Shown here: positions 34,680-47,700 of the stretch, in pieces
How the letters are laid out: each line of letters starts with the position of its first letter
Numbering within the stretch: the first letter of the stretch is position 1
Source of the DNA: Paraspadella gotoi
Taxonomy: Eukaryota > Animalia > Chaetognatha
Direction of reading: 5' to 3'
Assembly (NCBI GenBank): GCA_051294375.1
Contig: CM119270.1
Span: 18,535,504 to 18,599,503 of the forward strand
DNA: 64,000 nt
The notes under the pieces: model-generated
Databases searched by the model: none
Seen by the model: only the letters and a program-made list of their open reading frames with translations
What the model was told of the DNA's origin: nothing
Translations under genes and position numbers: made by a program

Positions 34680-34984
34680 TGTCCTCATTCTCACCTTGTT
34701 TTCCGTCTTAGTGATTTCGGGAAATGAGACGAAGCGATAGACGAACTTTTGTCCCATGACTTTCTTGATGATGTTCTTGTCGTAATAATATCGCAAGGCG
34801 CGACTCAGCTTGTCGTAGTTCATGTTGTGCTTGTTCTTGCGCAGACCCCAGAGACGGGCCACCTCCTCGGCGTTGATCAGCTTGAACTCTCCCTCGTTGT
34901 TGGTCCAGGAGATGATGTGGTTGTACTGGTTGGAGAGGAGCAACTCCAGCAGGAATTGCCAGAGGGTGATGTTCGATTCCATGC
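31098..34984 (-). CDS. Elk: ETS-domain transcription factor, Elk/TCF (LIN-1-like) subfamily; exons 34984-34695, 34323-34003, 33467-31098
   Basis: ETS domain [15 protein letters not shown]...[46 protein letters not shown]; phase-0 GT-AG junctions. TCF C-terminal hallmarks: D-site-like [23 protein letters not shown] motif YFQFP. SUMO-type motifs VKME and VKEE. Confidence 0.94.
33662..33697. repeat. 36-bp perfect palindrome in an Elk intron
   Basis: ATTAATTGGCAACAACGA|TCGTTGTTGCCAATTAAT is self-complementary base by base. Confidence 0.9.
34585..34678. repeat. (ATCA)n tetranucleotide microsatellite
   Basis: Uninterrupted ATCA/TCAA run next to the donor of the Elk ETS exon. Confidence 0.95.
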
Positions 34985-35968
34985 CTGTGTGGGGGGGGGA
35001 GGGAAGATGGGGGAGAGGGGTGTTGATTAGTTGGTTGGAACTGATTGGTACGTTGCGATGAATATTTTCTTCGTTTCAATCATTCGAATCAATCGTGAAC
35101 TCGGTTCACGCGTTTATTTCATTCAATATAAAATTTTGGGGTCCAATAGCCTAAAGTGAAAACGAAGGACAAAGAGGAATCACGACTCACGTCGTGAAAC
35201 TGGCTCGTGAGACGATTTCGCGCTAAGAAGTTGCGTGAAAGAAAGGGAAGGATTTAAAATCCTCTTTCTTAGGCTCATGAGGACTAAGGAAGATTTCTGC
35301 GTAGGGTAAGTCTAACATTTTGTTCAGGATTCGCTCAAGATTTCGGGAGATTTACGAAAATTATCTAAAATTTTGACGAGTTTCCAAAAAAAAGGGTTTT
35401 TAAGAAAATGAAAGAAAGAAAAAAAAAGGGAAAGAAAATAAAAAGAAGTCGCTCCCATTAGTCGGAACAAAGAAAAAAAAAAGAAAGAGCGTCGTGGGTC
35501 GTTATCTGGAGACTGAGAAAGTGGAGAGGGAGGGGAAAGGGGGAAGAGAGAGAGGGAGAGAGAGAGAGATGGGAGGAGAGAGGAGGAGGAGATGAAAAAG
35601 AGAAGAAAGAGAGAGAGAAAGCGCCTGAGGAGATGAAGAGCTTTCAAGCGACCATCGCCTCTCTCTCTCTCTCTCTCTCACTCTCTCTCTCTCTCTCTCT
35701 TCCCCCCTGTGAAAAGCAGCCCTTAATTTCCTTGAGGCTAATCTCTACAACAATCTTGACGAAGAAACGAATTGACGGATATTGAAAGTGGGCGCGAAAG
35801 GAGAGAGAGAGAGAAAAAGAGAGAGAGAGAAGAAAAAGAGAGAGACGAGAGAGAGAGAGAAGACGAAAAGTCCAGGCGAAAATATGGTAATATCAAAAAT
35901 TGAATGATTGATTAAAGTCTACTTACAAGCGAGTCATTGACCGGGTGACTCCGTGAACTTGTGATAGT

Positions 35969-36032
<64 letters not shown>

Positions 36033-37136
36033 TAGAGAGAAGAGAGAGAGAGAGAATTGAGAATCCCGGACGAACAAGAAGGAAATTAAGAGCAAGCTCG
36101 TTTCCGAAACACCCAGTAATTAAAAAAAGAAAGAAAACATAAAAACAAAAAAACTCAAAAACACAAACAAGAGAGAAGGAAAGTAAGTCAACTTTTCCGA
36201 GCGGCAGCTTACGAGACGAAGAGACGAAACGAGACGAAGAAGAAAAACGTAAACAAAAAAACTCGCGAGGTCGAGATAAACAAAACACAAAAAAGGTAAA
36301 CAAAACGTTCGACGACTCGAATCTGGATTCTGGAGAATATATATATATATAATCGGCTTCTTTTGTTTTATTTTGCGCGAAGGAAACGATTAAAAAAGGC
36401 GATGGGGGAGATGGTGGGGGAGTGGGGGGTGATGAGGTGATGGAAGAGAGAGAAGGTAGGGTGATGGGGTGAGAGAGCAGCTGGGAGGGGTGGGAAGGCG
36501 GCGTCGTGATTAAGCCAGGAGTCAGAGATCGGATGAGAGCTTTAGTCTAGTCTCGTGATCAGAATCAGATTTTGTGCGGCAAAGGGTGTTGTGTCTCGTG
36601 ATTCACAAGCAGTGGTGAACTATTATTGCCATTAAAAAGAAATGAAAAAACAGTGAAAAGTGAATTGAGTCATCCTCGTGAGGCCTGACCTTTAACGAGA
36701 TTAGGTGAGGCGGAGAAAGTGGAGGGGTGAGTTTCCTCGTTGGCGACGATAAAATGAGGAATGAAGAAATTTACGGGCGGAAGAAATAAGAAGAGGCCGA
36801 AGGTGGGAGTTGATGGAGAGAGAGGGGAGGGTTAAGTGGAGATGGTGGTCAGGGGTGTTGGGGCAATGGGGGTGTTGATCTCGGATGACGGAGATGTCGA
36901 GAGTCGGCGTCGGAGAGTCGCGTGACCCGACGTGAAGGAAATCCGATGCGTATCATTTACACGAAAGAAGTTTGAATCCCTTAGACTTGTTTTTAGTTTT
37001 ACCCCCTTGATATCGATCTTTTACCCCTTAGATCTTTTACCCCATTGATGTTTCAACCCCTAGGGTCCAGTACCGCCTGGATACTTTACTACTTTACATT
37101 TTATCTTAAGATCTTTTAACCCCTAGACCTGTTACA

Positions 37137-37973
37137 NNNNNNNNNNNNNNNNNNNNNNNNNNNNNNNNNNNNNNNNNNNNNNNNNNNNNNNNNNNNNNNN
37201 NNNNNNNNNNNNNNNNNNNNNNNNNNNNNNNNNNNNNNNNNNNNNNNNNNNNNNNNNNNNNNNNNNNNNNNNNNNNNNNNNNNNNNNNNNNNNNNNNNNN
37301 NNNNNNNNNNNNNNNNNNNNNNNNNNNNNNNNNNNNNNNNNNNNNNNNNNNNNNNNNNNNNNNNNNNNNNNNNNNNNNNNNNNNNNNNNNNNNNNNNNNN
37401 NNNNNNNNNNNNNNNNNNNNNNNNNNNNNNNNNNNNNNNNNNNNNNNNNNNNNNNNNNNNNNNNNNNNNNNNNNNNNNNNNNNNNNNNNNNNNNNNNNNN
37501 NNNNNNNNNNNNNNNNNNNNNNNNNNNNNNNNNNNNNNNNNNNNNNNNNNNNNNNNNNNNNNNNNNNNNNNNNNNNNNNNNNNNNNNNNNNNNNNNNNNN
37601 NNNNNNNNNNNNNNNNNNNNNNNNNNNNNNNNNNNNNNNNNNNNNNNNNNNNNNNNNNNNNNNNNNNNNNNNNNNNNNNNNNNNNNNNNNNNNNNNNNNN
37701 NNNNNNNNNNNNNNNNNNNNNNNNNNNNNNNNNNNNNNNNNNNNNNNNNNNNNNNNNNNNNNNNNNNNNNNNNNNNNNNNNNNNNNNNNNNNNNNNNNNN
37801 NNNNNNNNNNNNNNNNNNNNNNNNNNNNNNNNNNNNNNNNNNNNNNNNNNNNNNNNNNNNNNNNNNNNNNNNNNNNNNNNNNNNNNNNNNNNNNNNNNNN
37901 NNNNNNNNNNNNNNNNNNNNNNNNNNNNNNNNNNNNNNNNNNNNNNNNNNNNNNNNNNNNNNNNNNNNNNNNN
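37137..37973. other. Assembly gap (N run)
   Basis: Run of N. Further gaps at 38643-38667, 42741-42765 and 46681-46705 (25 N each) and at 45891-45969. Confidence 0.99.
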
Positions 37974-38667
37974 AGTTTTGTAGCATCCCCGTTGAAGTAT
38001 TCTTTATACATAAGTACGCATTGTTGATACAGAAATATCGACGCCTCTCAAAAAAGCGAAATTCACTCGCACGCAGCACTGAGCTCGATAGCACGCAGCA
38101 CGATTGCACGCAGCACGCAGCCTTATCACACGCAACGCATTCCAAGGAATCGGGGAAAGGTAGGGATGCCGCCTCGTCCGCCTTTCCTCACCAGCAAATG
38201 CCAACACTCAAACGTTTTGAATTTTTTTAGAGAGGAGAGAGAAAATCATTTGTTTTTAAACCACCAAGAACGAAACCATGCAAAATATCTTTCTTTTCAA
38301 TTCTTCCCTGCCTGGCTACCTCTCCTGGCATCTTCCCTGCCCTGCTGGCTTCGTTCGTCGGTCTCTTCCACTCCTCTGCCGAGTTGCCCGTCTCCCTCCT
38401 CTCCCCTCCTCGTCATGTACCACGTGTTCGTTTCTCCTAAAAAATAATATTATCCAAAGTAAAAAGCGGTAATTGTAGGGAAGTTGTTCGCTGCGCCATA
38501 ATATGGGCTGGGTCGTCAGAGGAAACAGCTATAGTCGGCCGGGGGAAAACGAAAATGGGCCGGGGCATGCCCCTACCCATGATTACCCCCCGGATTTCCC
38601 TTGGCAAATGTCGCGGCGCCTGCTTGGTGATTATGACGCGGCNNNNNNNNNNNNNNNNNNNNNNNNN

Positions 38668-41644
38668 AGAGAAGAGAGAGAGAAGAGAGAGAGAGAGAGA
38701 AGAGAGCGAGAGAGAGAGAGAGAGAGAGAGGGAGCGAGAAGAAAGACAAAGAAGCGGCATAAGATGAGACATAAAATGCTGAAAAGCCATGTATGTTAAG
38801 ACAGGTTCTTTTGAAGTTTGAAAAAACTATACGATAAAAAGTATTATTAATTTTAATATCGTGTTTTTTTTATATCTTCTTTCTCTTACTTTTCTCACTC
38901 GAAACCCCTCAAGTTTTTTTTTTTCAAATACCGAAGTAAAGACAACTTTTTTTTTTTATTATTTTGATTTTGAGATATTCTTGAGCGGTTTCCCTCTTTC
39001 TTGTTAACTTGGCTAGAAGAAAAAAAATCAACAAAAAAAATGTAACAGATAAAAAAATAAACAAAGAAAACTAACACAAAACGTGAAAATATTCGTTCTC
39101 CCTCTTTCCACCAATAATTTTTCTCTTGAGAGAGAGAGAGAGAGAAGAAAGAAGAAAGAAAAAGGATGGAAGAAAAGTCAATATGCTTCTCATTGGTTAC
39201 GACGTAAGGTTGACGGCTTTTTAAAATTGGCCCAACTTATGGTTTCTCCTGAATTAATATTCATTAATGATAACACCAAAACTCGCGTCCATTGGGCCGA
39301 GTTTTAAAAACTTGATATGAAAGAAAAAAAATATAAAAACAGAGAAAAATTAAAAAGAGAAAGAAAGCTGAGTCAGAGGCCGCGGGCGGATGTATAGAGA
39401 CGAGAGAGAGAGAGAAGAGAGAGAGAAGAGAGAAGAGAGAGGAGAGAGAGAGAGAGAGAGAGTATTGACTATTGAGAGCAAAGATCTTCAAGACGTTGAT
39501 GACAGTTTCGGAAGAGAAAGCGTGACTGGAGTGAAGAAAGAAAGAAAGAAAAGAAAGAAAAAAGAAAGAAAAAAGAATGAGAAAGAAAGAGTAAAGAAAG
39601 AAAGAAAGAAAGAAAGAAAAGAAAGTGGGATAATTCTCGGGACAATGGACGCGAAGAAAAACCGCGTTGGGGAAAAAAACGGGCTTGACGTAACAAGGAT
39701 AGACGACGAACGACAGAACGAACGACGACGACAACGACAACGAAACGCTATAAATCAACGGTCTGGAGTACGAACGACGACAACGACTTAAAATGATCAC
39801 AACTACGGTTGAAACTAGGGGAGGGAATAAAACGACAAAGCGGACGACAAAGCGGATGACAAAAGCAGATGACAAAGTGATGACAAAGAGGACGACAAAG
39901 ACGGAGGTTGAAAAATAAAATTGGAAAACGGCGACAAAAGGAAAGTTAAAGGACAATGCGACGACGCCGACGACGACGACGAACACGGCTAATGCGATTC
40001 ACGCCTGGGCGACGAAAAGGAAACCGATTGTGGATGCGGATTGTGAATCCCGAGAGACGATGACACCGAAGTTTTAATCTGACGGAACCCAAAGAGAGGA
40101 ACTATAGATGGGAACTATAGACGAAACCGGCGTAAGAAAGAAAGACGGGGATGTAACAAATATATAAACCGAAATGATTCTGAAAATGAACTGAAGATAG
40201 AAAATAGGAATAGAATATAGATATACTACGAGAGACCGAAATTCGTAGGGGATGAGAGAACTCGAAACAACAAATAAACCAGTGAACGAACGACAAACAA
40301 CAAAAGAACGAGGGACGAACGTTAACGACTTTAACGAACGAATGCTAACTGGAGAACGACCGCCAGAACATCGAAAATGTCACTTTTCGTAGTCCAAACC
40401 GACGATTCTCAACTCGAAAAGGCAAGGGGGGCGGGTGGGGGGAGGGCGGGGTGGGGGGCGAGGAAGGGGGGGGTGCCGCGAAAAGTCCGCCGTTCCTTCT
40501 GACCCGAAGGGCGATGACGTGAGGCGGATGGGTGGTGGTGGTTAGAGGGTGGAGGAGGTGGCGCGGTGACGATGAGGGGGATTTGAAAAGGGAACAAGGG
40601 AGAAAAGGGGGAAAAAAAGGAGAGAAGGAAATAAGAAAGGAACGCCACTTTTGTTGTCGTCGGGGCGTGGTCGAGTTTGTTGGGTTGCGTCCTCCTCTCC
40701 CCGAGCAGAGAATGGCGAGAGAGAGAGAGAGAAGGAGACGAGAGAGAGAGAGGAGGAGAAAGAGAGAGAGAGAGAGAGAGAGCAGGAAATTTGAAAAACG
40801 GAAATCGCGGGTACGAAATATCAGGTCTGATTAAATAAAATTGTATCCATTCTAATTTAAATCAAATCCAGGAATTTTCTTCTCATATTCCACAAGTTGA
40901 ACAATCCGGACAACGACGAACTTTACCTCACGGGAAAACTATTGGCGCACACGAAAGAATTAAGAAATCTATTTTCCCAGATGTCCCTTTGTTTTTAACA
41001 CAAAGTTAAAAACAAACTCTAAGACGCGAGTTATAAACAAATCTTATTAAACTAAACATTAGTGACCAATATATTTTTATAAACCGAAAGATTTGGAGTT
41101 GCTACGAGACAAAATTAAGAAAGCAAAACAAAATATAGAACTTCGTTAGCAACAACGACTTGAACGGACATCAATCAACAATGAATAGCAAAACTGGTTG
41201 TTTTTAACAAACTTCTTGTTATGATATTATTCTGTAAGAGGGATGAACGCCATAACCCACCAAGGCCTGTCCAAAGATTGAGTTTTATTGAGTATAATAA
41301 TTAGTCTGTACCAATTTCATTAAAAAAAAACATTTCTTGAAAAGAATCATGTTATATTAACTTTCATTTGTTTTCGACCTCACGAAGCTCGAATTACATT
41401 GCATCTTCTCGCGACTTTTTTTTAATTTGTCACACCAAAAACGAGATCAGAGACGAACAACGTACAGACGTACCGAACGCACAAGCGGATCGAGAGTCCG
41501 TCGAATCCTTGTGCGATCGAGTTTGACGTCATGACGCAAATGGCTAGGTTTTAAAGGGAAGCGAAAAAGAGACGTCACAGTCACGACTCAAAACACAGAT
41601 TCGATTACCTTCACCCTTTTCGAAATCATTGGGTGAGAGGGTGA

Positions 41645-41680
<36 letters not shown>

Positions 41681-42127
41681 AGAGAAAGAGAGAGAGAAGA
41701 GAAGAGAGAAGAGGGGAGAGAGAGAGAGATCTCTATATCAGTTGCACACCTTTTTTTTTTTTATCTTTCGACGGTCAACACAGGCAGGAAGGAAAAAAAG
41801 GAAGAAAAAAAGGAAGAAAAAAAAAGAGAGATAAGAATCTGCCAAACGAGAAACAGAGAGAAAACCGGATTTTTTACAAAACACTTTTTTCATTGTCTTC
41901 TTAAAACTTTTTAACTTCTCCATCTTTACGTTGTCTTTTTACGCCGCCCGAAGACCGTTTCTGTCTGTCCATTGTCGATCTTATTAGATGTTTTGTCAGG
42001 CGCGTTTTCGACAAATGACAAAGTTACACGCAAGATTTGCTTTGGAAAAAAAAAACATCTTAAGATCGCGTTCACGTCCAAACGGATTTGCTTCTGATAC
42101 ATAAGTGCCCGAACAATAAGAGAGAGG

Positions 42128-42191
<64 letters not shown>

Positions 42192-42200
42192 AGAGGAGAG
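38668..42200 (+). repeat. Duplicated segment (haplotype or gap-fill copy) of 46706-48417 plus 53659-55530
   Basis: Colinear near-identical sequence (e.g. gccatgtatgttaagacaggttct, cgcctgggcgacg, cccaccaaggcctgtccaaagattgag) differing mainly by homopolymer indels. 45970-46680 is a further partial copy. Confidence 0.9.
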
Positions 42201-42256
42201 AGAGAGAGAATCATTTTGTTTTTACCGACAGAAAAACCATCAAAATCATCTTTTCT

Positions 42257-42327
<71 letters not shown>

Positions 42328-45300
42328 CTCACTTTCTTTCCTCTCTCTCTCTCTCTCTCATGAAGAATCAGAAGATGCACTCATATCAGTCAGATAGTCG
42401 GGTCAAAAAACCGTGATCGTCGTCGTCGTCTTTGTCGTCATCGTCGTCGTCGTTTAATCCTTGTCATTCACCCGTAGGATCGTCGACGGACTTCCACCCG
42501 GATGTAACAGACTCCGTATCCTTTACCCCCGGATGAAATTGTCTGGTACTCCAGGATGTAACAGACTCAGTATCCTTTACCCCGGGATGTAATTGATTGC
42601 TTTGCCGGATACTACATAGACCCTCAAGTTCCGGTTCTTGCCGGATCCACTTTATCCGGCGTCCGCCTCTCGAGACGCCTCTTTGGAGTACAGCGCCCTC
42701 AGCGGAGGAATTCCTCGCTTCCTCTCTCTTCACAGAGTCGNNNNNNNNNNNNNNNNNNNNNNNNNCTCTCTTCATCAGCAGTCTTCTGCGAGCGACTACA
42801 TTCCTCTCTCCAAACGCTCGTGCTCACTCGTACGCGTACGACTGCTCCTGATGCTGATTGACGAGTAGCAGAAAGAATTGCTAAACCTCACTGGCAGCAC
42901 GCGCTCTGAGCTCTGAACGGTCACTATCCGAGTACTGTTCAGCAGAGCTCTCCCACTGTAGTTCTACATGCTAGCTTAGAACGACCCGTCCTCTCAACTT
43001 TGCTCTTAGTTACTGACAGCAGCAGCAATGTTCTTGGTAGAGTAGTTATTTGTATTATTTATTTTGCATTTTGAGTGTATTATCACAGGTTTTTTGATCA
43101 AAAAGGACTGACTCGATCGCACGAGACCGTCCGAGTTTTCCGGTGCTTTTATTCATTAATGAAATTAATCGAGGGGAGGAATAACCCATAGTGTGGCGAC
43201 CAAGACTATCTGAAAAAGGCTTCGCGTCAATCCTTTTCTGTTGCGTCAATTCCCGCATAATGATTCCCAAGACTCGTGCGCCCGATTAAAGTCTAGGACA
43301 CTATTCTTTCGAAGGCAACAGTTACATCAACCTACTCCCCAATTAGCAGGTCATGATGCTATTAAATTGCCGTTCTTGCACCTTCTCTTAATTCTTCTTC
43401 TCTTCTCTTTTGGTTTCCTTCTGCCTCCTTCCCTTGTTCTTCTTATTTTCCCCTCACCGCTCTCCTACGCTTCTCTGTACGACTGATATCTCACTCTTTT
43501 CAATTGCCCGTGGGAAAAGAGGCGGGACCTCGTTCTTTCTTCAATAATACCGGGTGTGTTTGTGGAGTTTTTCCTTCCTTTTGTCCTATTTTATACTCTC
43601 TTTTGTTCTACGATCTTAACTTAATGTACTCGTCTTTGAATTGGTGCCTTCTCTTTTTCTTCACAATCGCTGCATCGCCAATGTGTCTGCACTATCCTAG
43701 CGTTCATACCTCTTAGCTACTGAGTTTTCAAAAGTCCCAGTGCTGTGAACCACCTCTCTCCACATCAATACCAGCAACGCATCCTACTTCTTATTCTTCT
43801 CCAACCAGAATCATGGCTACCATACCTCTATATCCCTTTCCAACTTCATCATACTATCATATCTGCACAATCATGCTCCGCTTCATCCTTAACAGATGAG
43901 CTATCTCGTCGATCGTCGTCCTTAAAATTCTTCTTTTCTGACGCTATGACACTCGTGTATATCAGTTGCCGTCGCTTTGATTTTTCGTGTGTGATCTTAA
44001 ATGAGAAAACAGACCAATTATCGAAGAAGCTAAGCAGTCATGCAGAGAAGGTGGCGTTGATCGATTGGAGAAAGCAGAAAGCAGGTAAGGAGAAAGAGAT
44101 AGCAGAAGAAAGCAGACGTAGACGATAGCATTTTTTGGATAGAAGAATGAGAGAAGATGAGAAAGTATACTTGTGTAGTTTATTTATCGTCACCGACCAG
44201 ATAGTTCTTCATATATATACAGACCATCTGACGTCACGACTGGTCTGATAAGAGGTGACACTGTGCCCGGCTCGTGACAACGTTAAGAAGGACCTCAGTA
44301 ATATGCATTCGGTTCCCGCGCCATCTCTACGCCCGTCTCCAGCTCCGACAGAGTCCAGTTCATAATCCTGTTTCATGAGCCTCACTCACGATACATACAT
44401 ATGCGAGACGTCGTACCCTCGAGTCTCTGCCTACATACATCCGCAGAGCACGATTACCAGTGACCGAGGTTATACCCAAGGGTCATGTCTTACTAGTATC
44501 TCACATCTATGTCTTTTCGGTGCAACCTAACATCTCCGCCTTCTCTTACTCTACCATCAGCGCTACGCTCGCGCTCGCCTTACTCTTCACTGCCTATGTA
44601 CTTGACTCATCCCAATCTAGATGGCATCCGCGCCAGTATGTGTCTCTTGCTCTCCGGCTAACTTACTTTTACTGATACTTCGATGATCGATCTTAAATAA
44701 AAGTATTTATTTTTCTCTGTTCACTACGTTAGTCGCTCGCTCTTTCCTTCTATCTCTCTCTCTGCCTTTACTCGTGCCTCTCCTCCCTCGACTCGAACCA
44801 TTGCCAGTGGCTCCAAGCTGTATTTTTTCTCCTCGGATATATCGCCGGAATGATGAAGATCACAGGCAATACGCGTGTGTTGTATCCTTTTATATTGTGA
44901 TTATTGAGAATAATCCCTTTGATCCGCGGCTCTTCCACCTTCTTTCTTGTCGTTATTTCTTGCGCTAACATGGACACAGCCAACGAAAAACATGCATTAG
45001 CAAAAATTCGATCATATCAGGATAACCAAATTACAAGAACAAAAGTGAAGAAACTGACACACCAAACCGCTGCAAAAACATATTCGCGTCTCTCCCCTCT
45101 TCCCACCTAACTGGGAATTTTCTCTTTGAGACATGGACCAGTCTCGGAGAGGGAAGAGAGAGGAAGAAAGAACAGGAACAAGAAAAACGTGGCATATGGT
45201 AAGGAAAAGGTTCGAATAGTTTGTCCTTCTCAATTTCGGTATGCACGACGCCGTAAGCGCTTGACGCTTTTTACCTTCGCCCTCCGTGCTAACGTACTTG

Positions 45301-45550
45301 GTTTTCTCCCTTGATTAAGTTTCCCGATTAGATGCACCCTAGGATGCAAACCTCCCGACTAATCGATGGACGTCCCCGCACGTGCATTGGCTGGGCTTTT
45401 GTAAAACTGTCAAGCGTTCAGCCAGAACAAACAATCATGCAGTATAAAATATAAAAAATCAAGATCCAGAACAAAAGATATTATCTAAAGTCATCGGGTA
45501 TAACAAAAAAGCACAAAGCTATCTGTCTGATGAGTCAGAGCGGCGCTGCG

Positions 45551-45590
<40 letters not shown>

Positions 45591-47458
45591 GTCAAGGACT
45601 TCGATAACGTCAAAGATTCAAAGATTCTTTTTTGGTCGATAATTCTCGTGCGTTAACTTAGCCTCTCACGAATCAACCACCCATAGAGGGAAAATATTTG
45701 GCCTTGACCTCTCTAATTCCTTACCTCTCTTTTGTTTCTTGCTTTTATTTTTATTCCCACGTCTTTCGCTTCTCTTCTATCTCCTTTCCTCTCTTTTTCT
45801 TCTCTAACAAGACTTATCCCCTCCAGCTCTTTTCCACATCCTCTCTTTTTCACATCCTCTCTTTTCCACATCCTCTCTTTTCCACATCCTNNNNNNNNNN
45901 NNNNNNNNNNNNNNNNNNNNNNNNNNNNNNNNNNNNNNNNNNNNNNNNNNNNNNNNNNNNNNNNNNNNNGAGAGAGAGAGAGTGTATATGTATATATGAA
46001 GAGAGAGAAGAGATGAGAGGGAGCGAGACAGAAAGACAGAAGAACGGCCATAGATTGATGACACATAAAACTAAAAATGATGAAAGCCATGTATGTTAAG
46101 ACAGGTTCTTTGAAGTTTGAACTATACGATAAAAAAAGTATTTATTATTTTAATATCGTGTTTTTTTTTATCTCTTTCTCTTACTTTTTCTCACTCGAAA
46201 CACCTCAAGTTTTTTTTTTCATAACCGAAAAAAGACAACTTTTTTTTTTTATATTTTGATTTTGAGATAATTCTTTGAGCGGTTTCCCTCTTTCTTGTTA
46301 TTCTTGGCTATGAAGAAAAAAAATCAACAAAAAATCGTAACAGATAAAAATAAACAAAAGAAAAACTACAACAAACCGTGAAAAAATATTCGTTCTCCCC
46401 TCTTTTCCCACCAATGGAATTTTCTCTTGGAGAGAGAGAGAGAGAGAAGAAAGAAAGAAAGAAAAAGGAATGGAAGAAAAGTCAATAGTTGCTTCTCATT
46501 GGTTGACGACGTAAGGTTGACGCTTTTTATTGGTCGCCAACTTATGGTTTCTCCCTGATTAATTTCATTAATGATAACAACCGAAAACTCGACGTCATTG
46601 GTCGAGTTTTTAAAACTTGAATAGAAAAAGAAAAAAATAATAAAAACAAGAAGAAAAAAAATAATAAAGAGGAAAAAAAANNNNNNNNNNNNNNNNNNNN
46701 NNNNNGAGAGAGAGAGAGTGTATATGTATATATGAAGAGAGAGAAGAGATGAGAGGGAGCGAGACAGAAAGACAGAAGAACGGCCATAGATTGATGACAC
46801 ATAAAACTGATGAAAGCCATGTATGTTAAGACAGGTTCTTTGAAGTTTGAACTATACGATAAAAAAAGTATTTATTATTTTTAATATCGTGTTTTTTTTT
46901 ATCTCTTTCTCTCTTACTTTTTTCTCACTCGAAACACCCTCAAGTTTTTTTTTTTTCATAACCGAAAAAAGAAACTTTTTTTTTTATATTTTTGATTTTG
47001 AGATAATCTTTGAGCGGTTTCCCCTCTTTCTTGGGTTATCTTGGCTATGAGAAGAAAAAAAATCAACAAAAAATAGTTAACAGATAAAATAAACAAAAGA
47101 AAAACTACCACAAACCGTGAAAAATATTCGTTCTCCCTCTTTTCCCACCAATGGAAATTCTTTCTTGGAGAGGAGAGAGTAGAGAGAAGAAAGAAAAAGA
47201 AAAAAGGAATGGAAGAAAAGTCAATAGTTTGCTTCTCATTGGTTGACGACGTAAGGTTGACGCTTTTATTGGTCCGCCACTTATGTTCTTCCCCTGATTT
47301 TCATTAATGATAACAACCGAAAACTCGACGTCATTGTCGAAGTTTAAACTTGAATAGAAAAGATAAAAACATAATAAAAAAGAAGAAAAAAAATAGAATA
47401 AAGAGGAAAAAAAAAAGAAAGCGTGAGTCAGGGCGGCGCGGCGGATGATTAGACGAGA

Positions 47459-47502
<44 letters not shown>

Positions 47503-47645
47503 AGAGAGAGAGTAATTGATGTTGACTATTGAGAGCAAAAGATTCTACAAGACGTTGATGACAGTTTCTGGAAGAGAAAGCGTGAACTGGAGTGAAAGAA
47601 AGAAAAGAAAGAAAAGAAAGAAAAGAAAGAAAGAAAAAAGAATGA

Positions 47646-47700
<55 letters not shown>

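Noticed and set aside
37106-38145. 301-aa and 337-aa ORFs
   Set aside because: They span the N gap.
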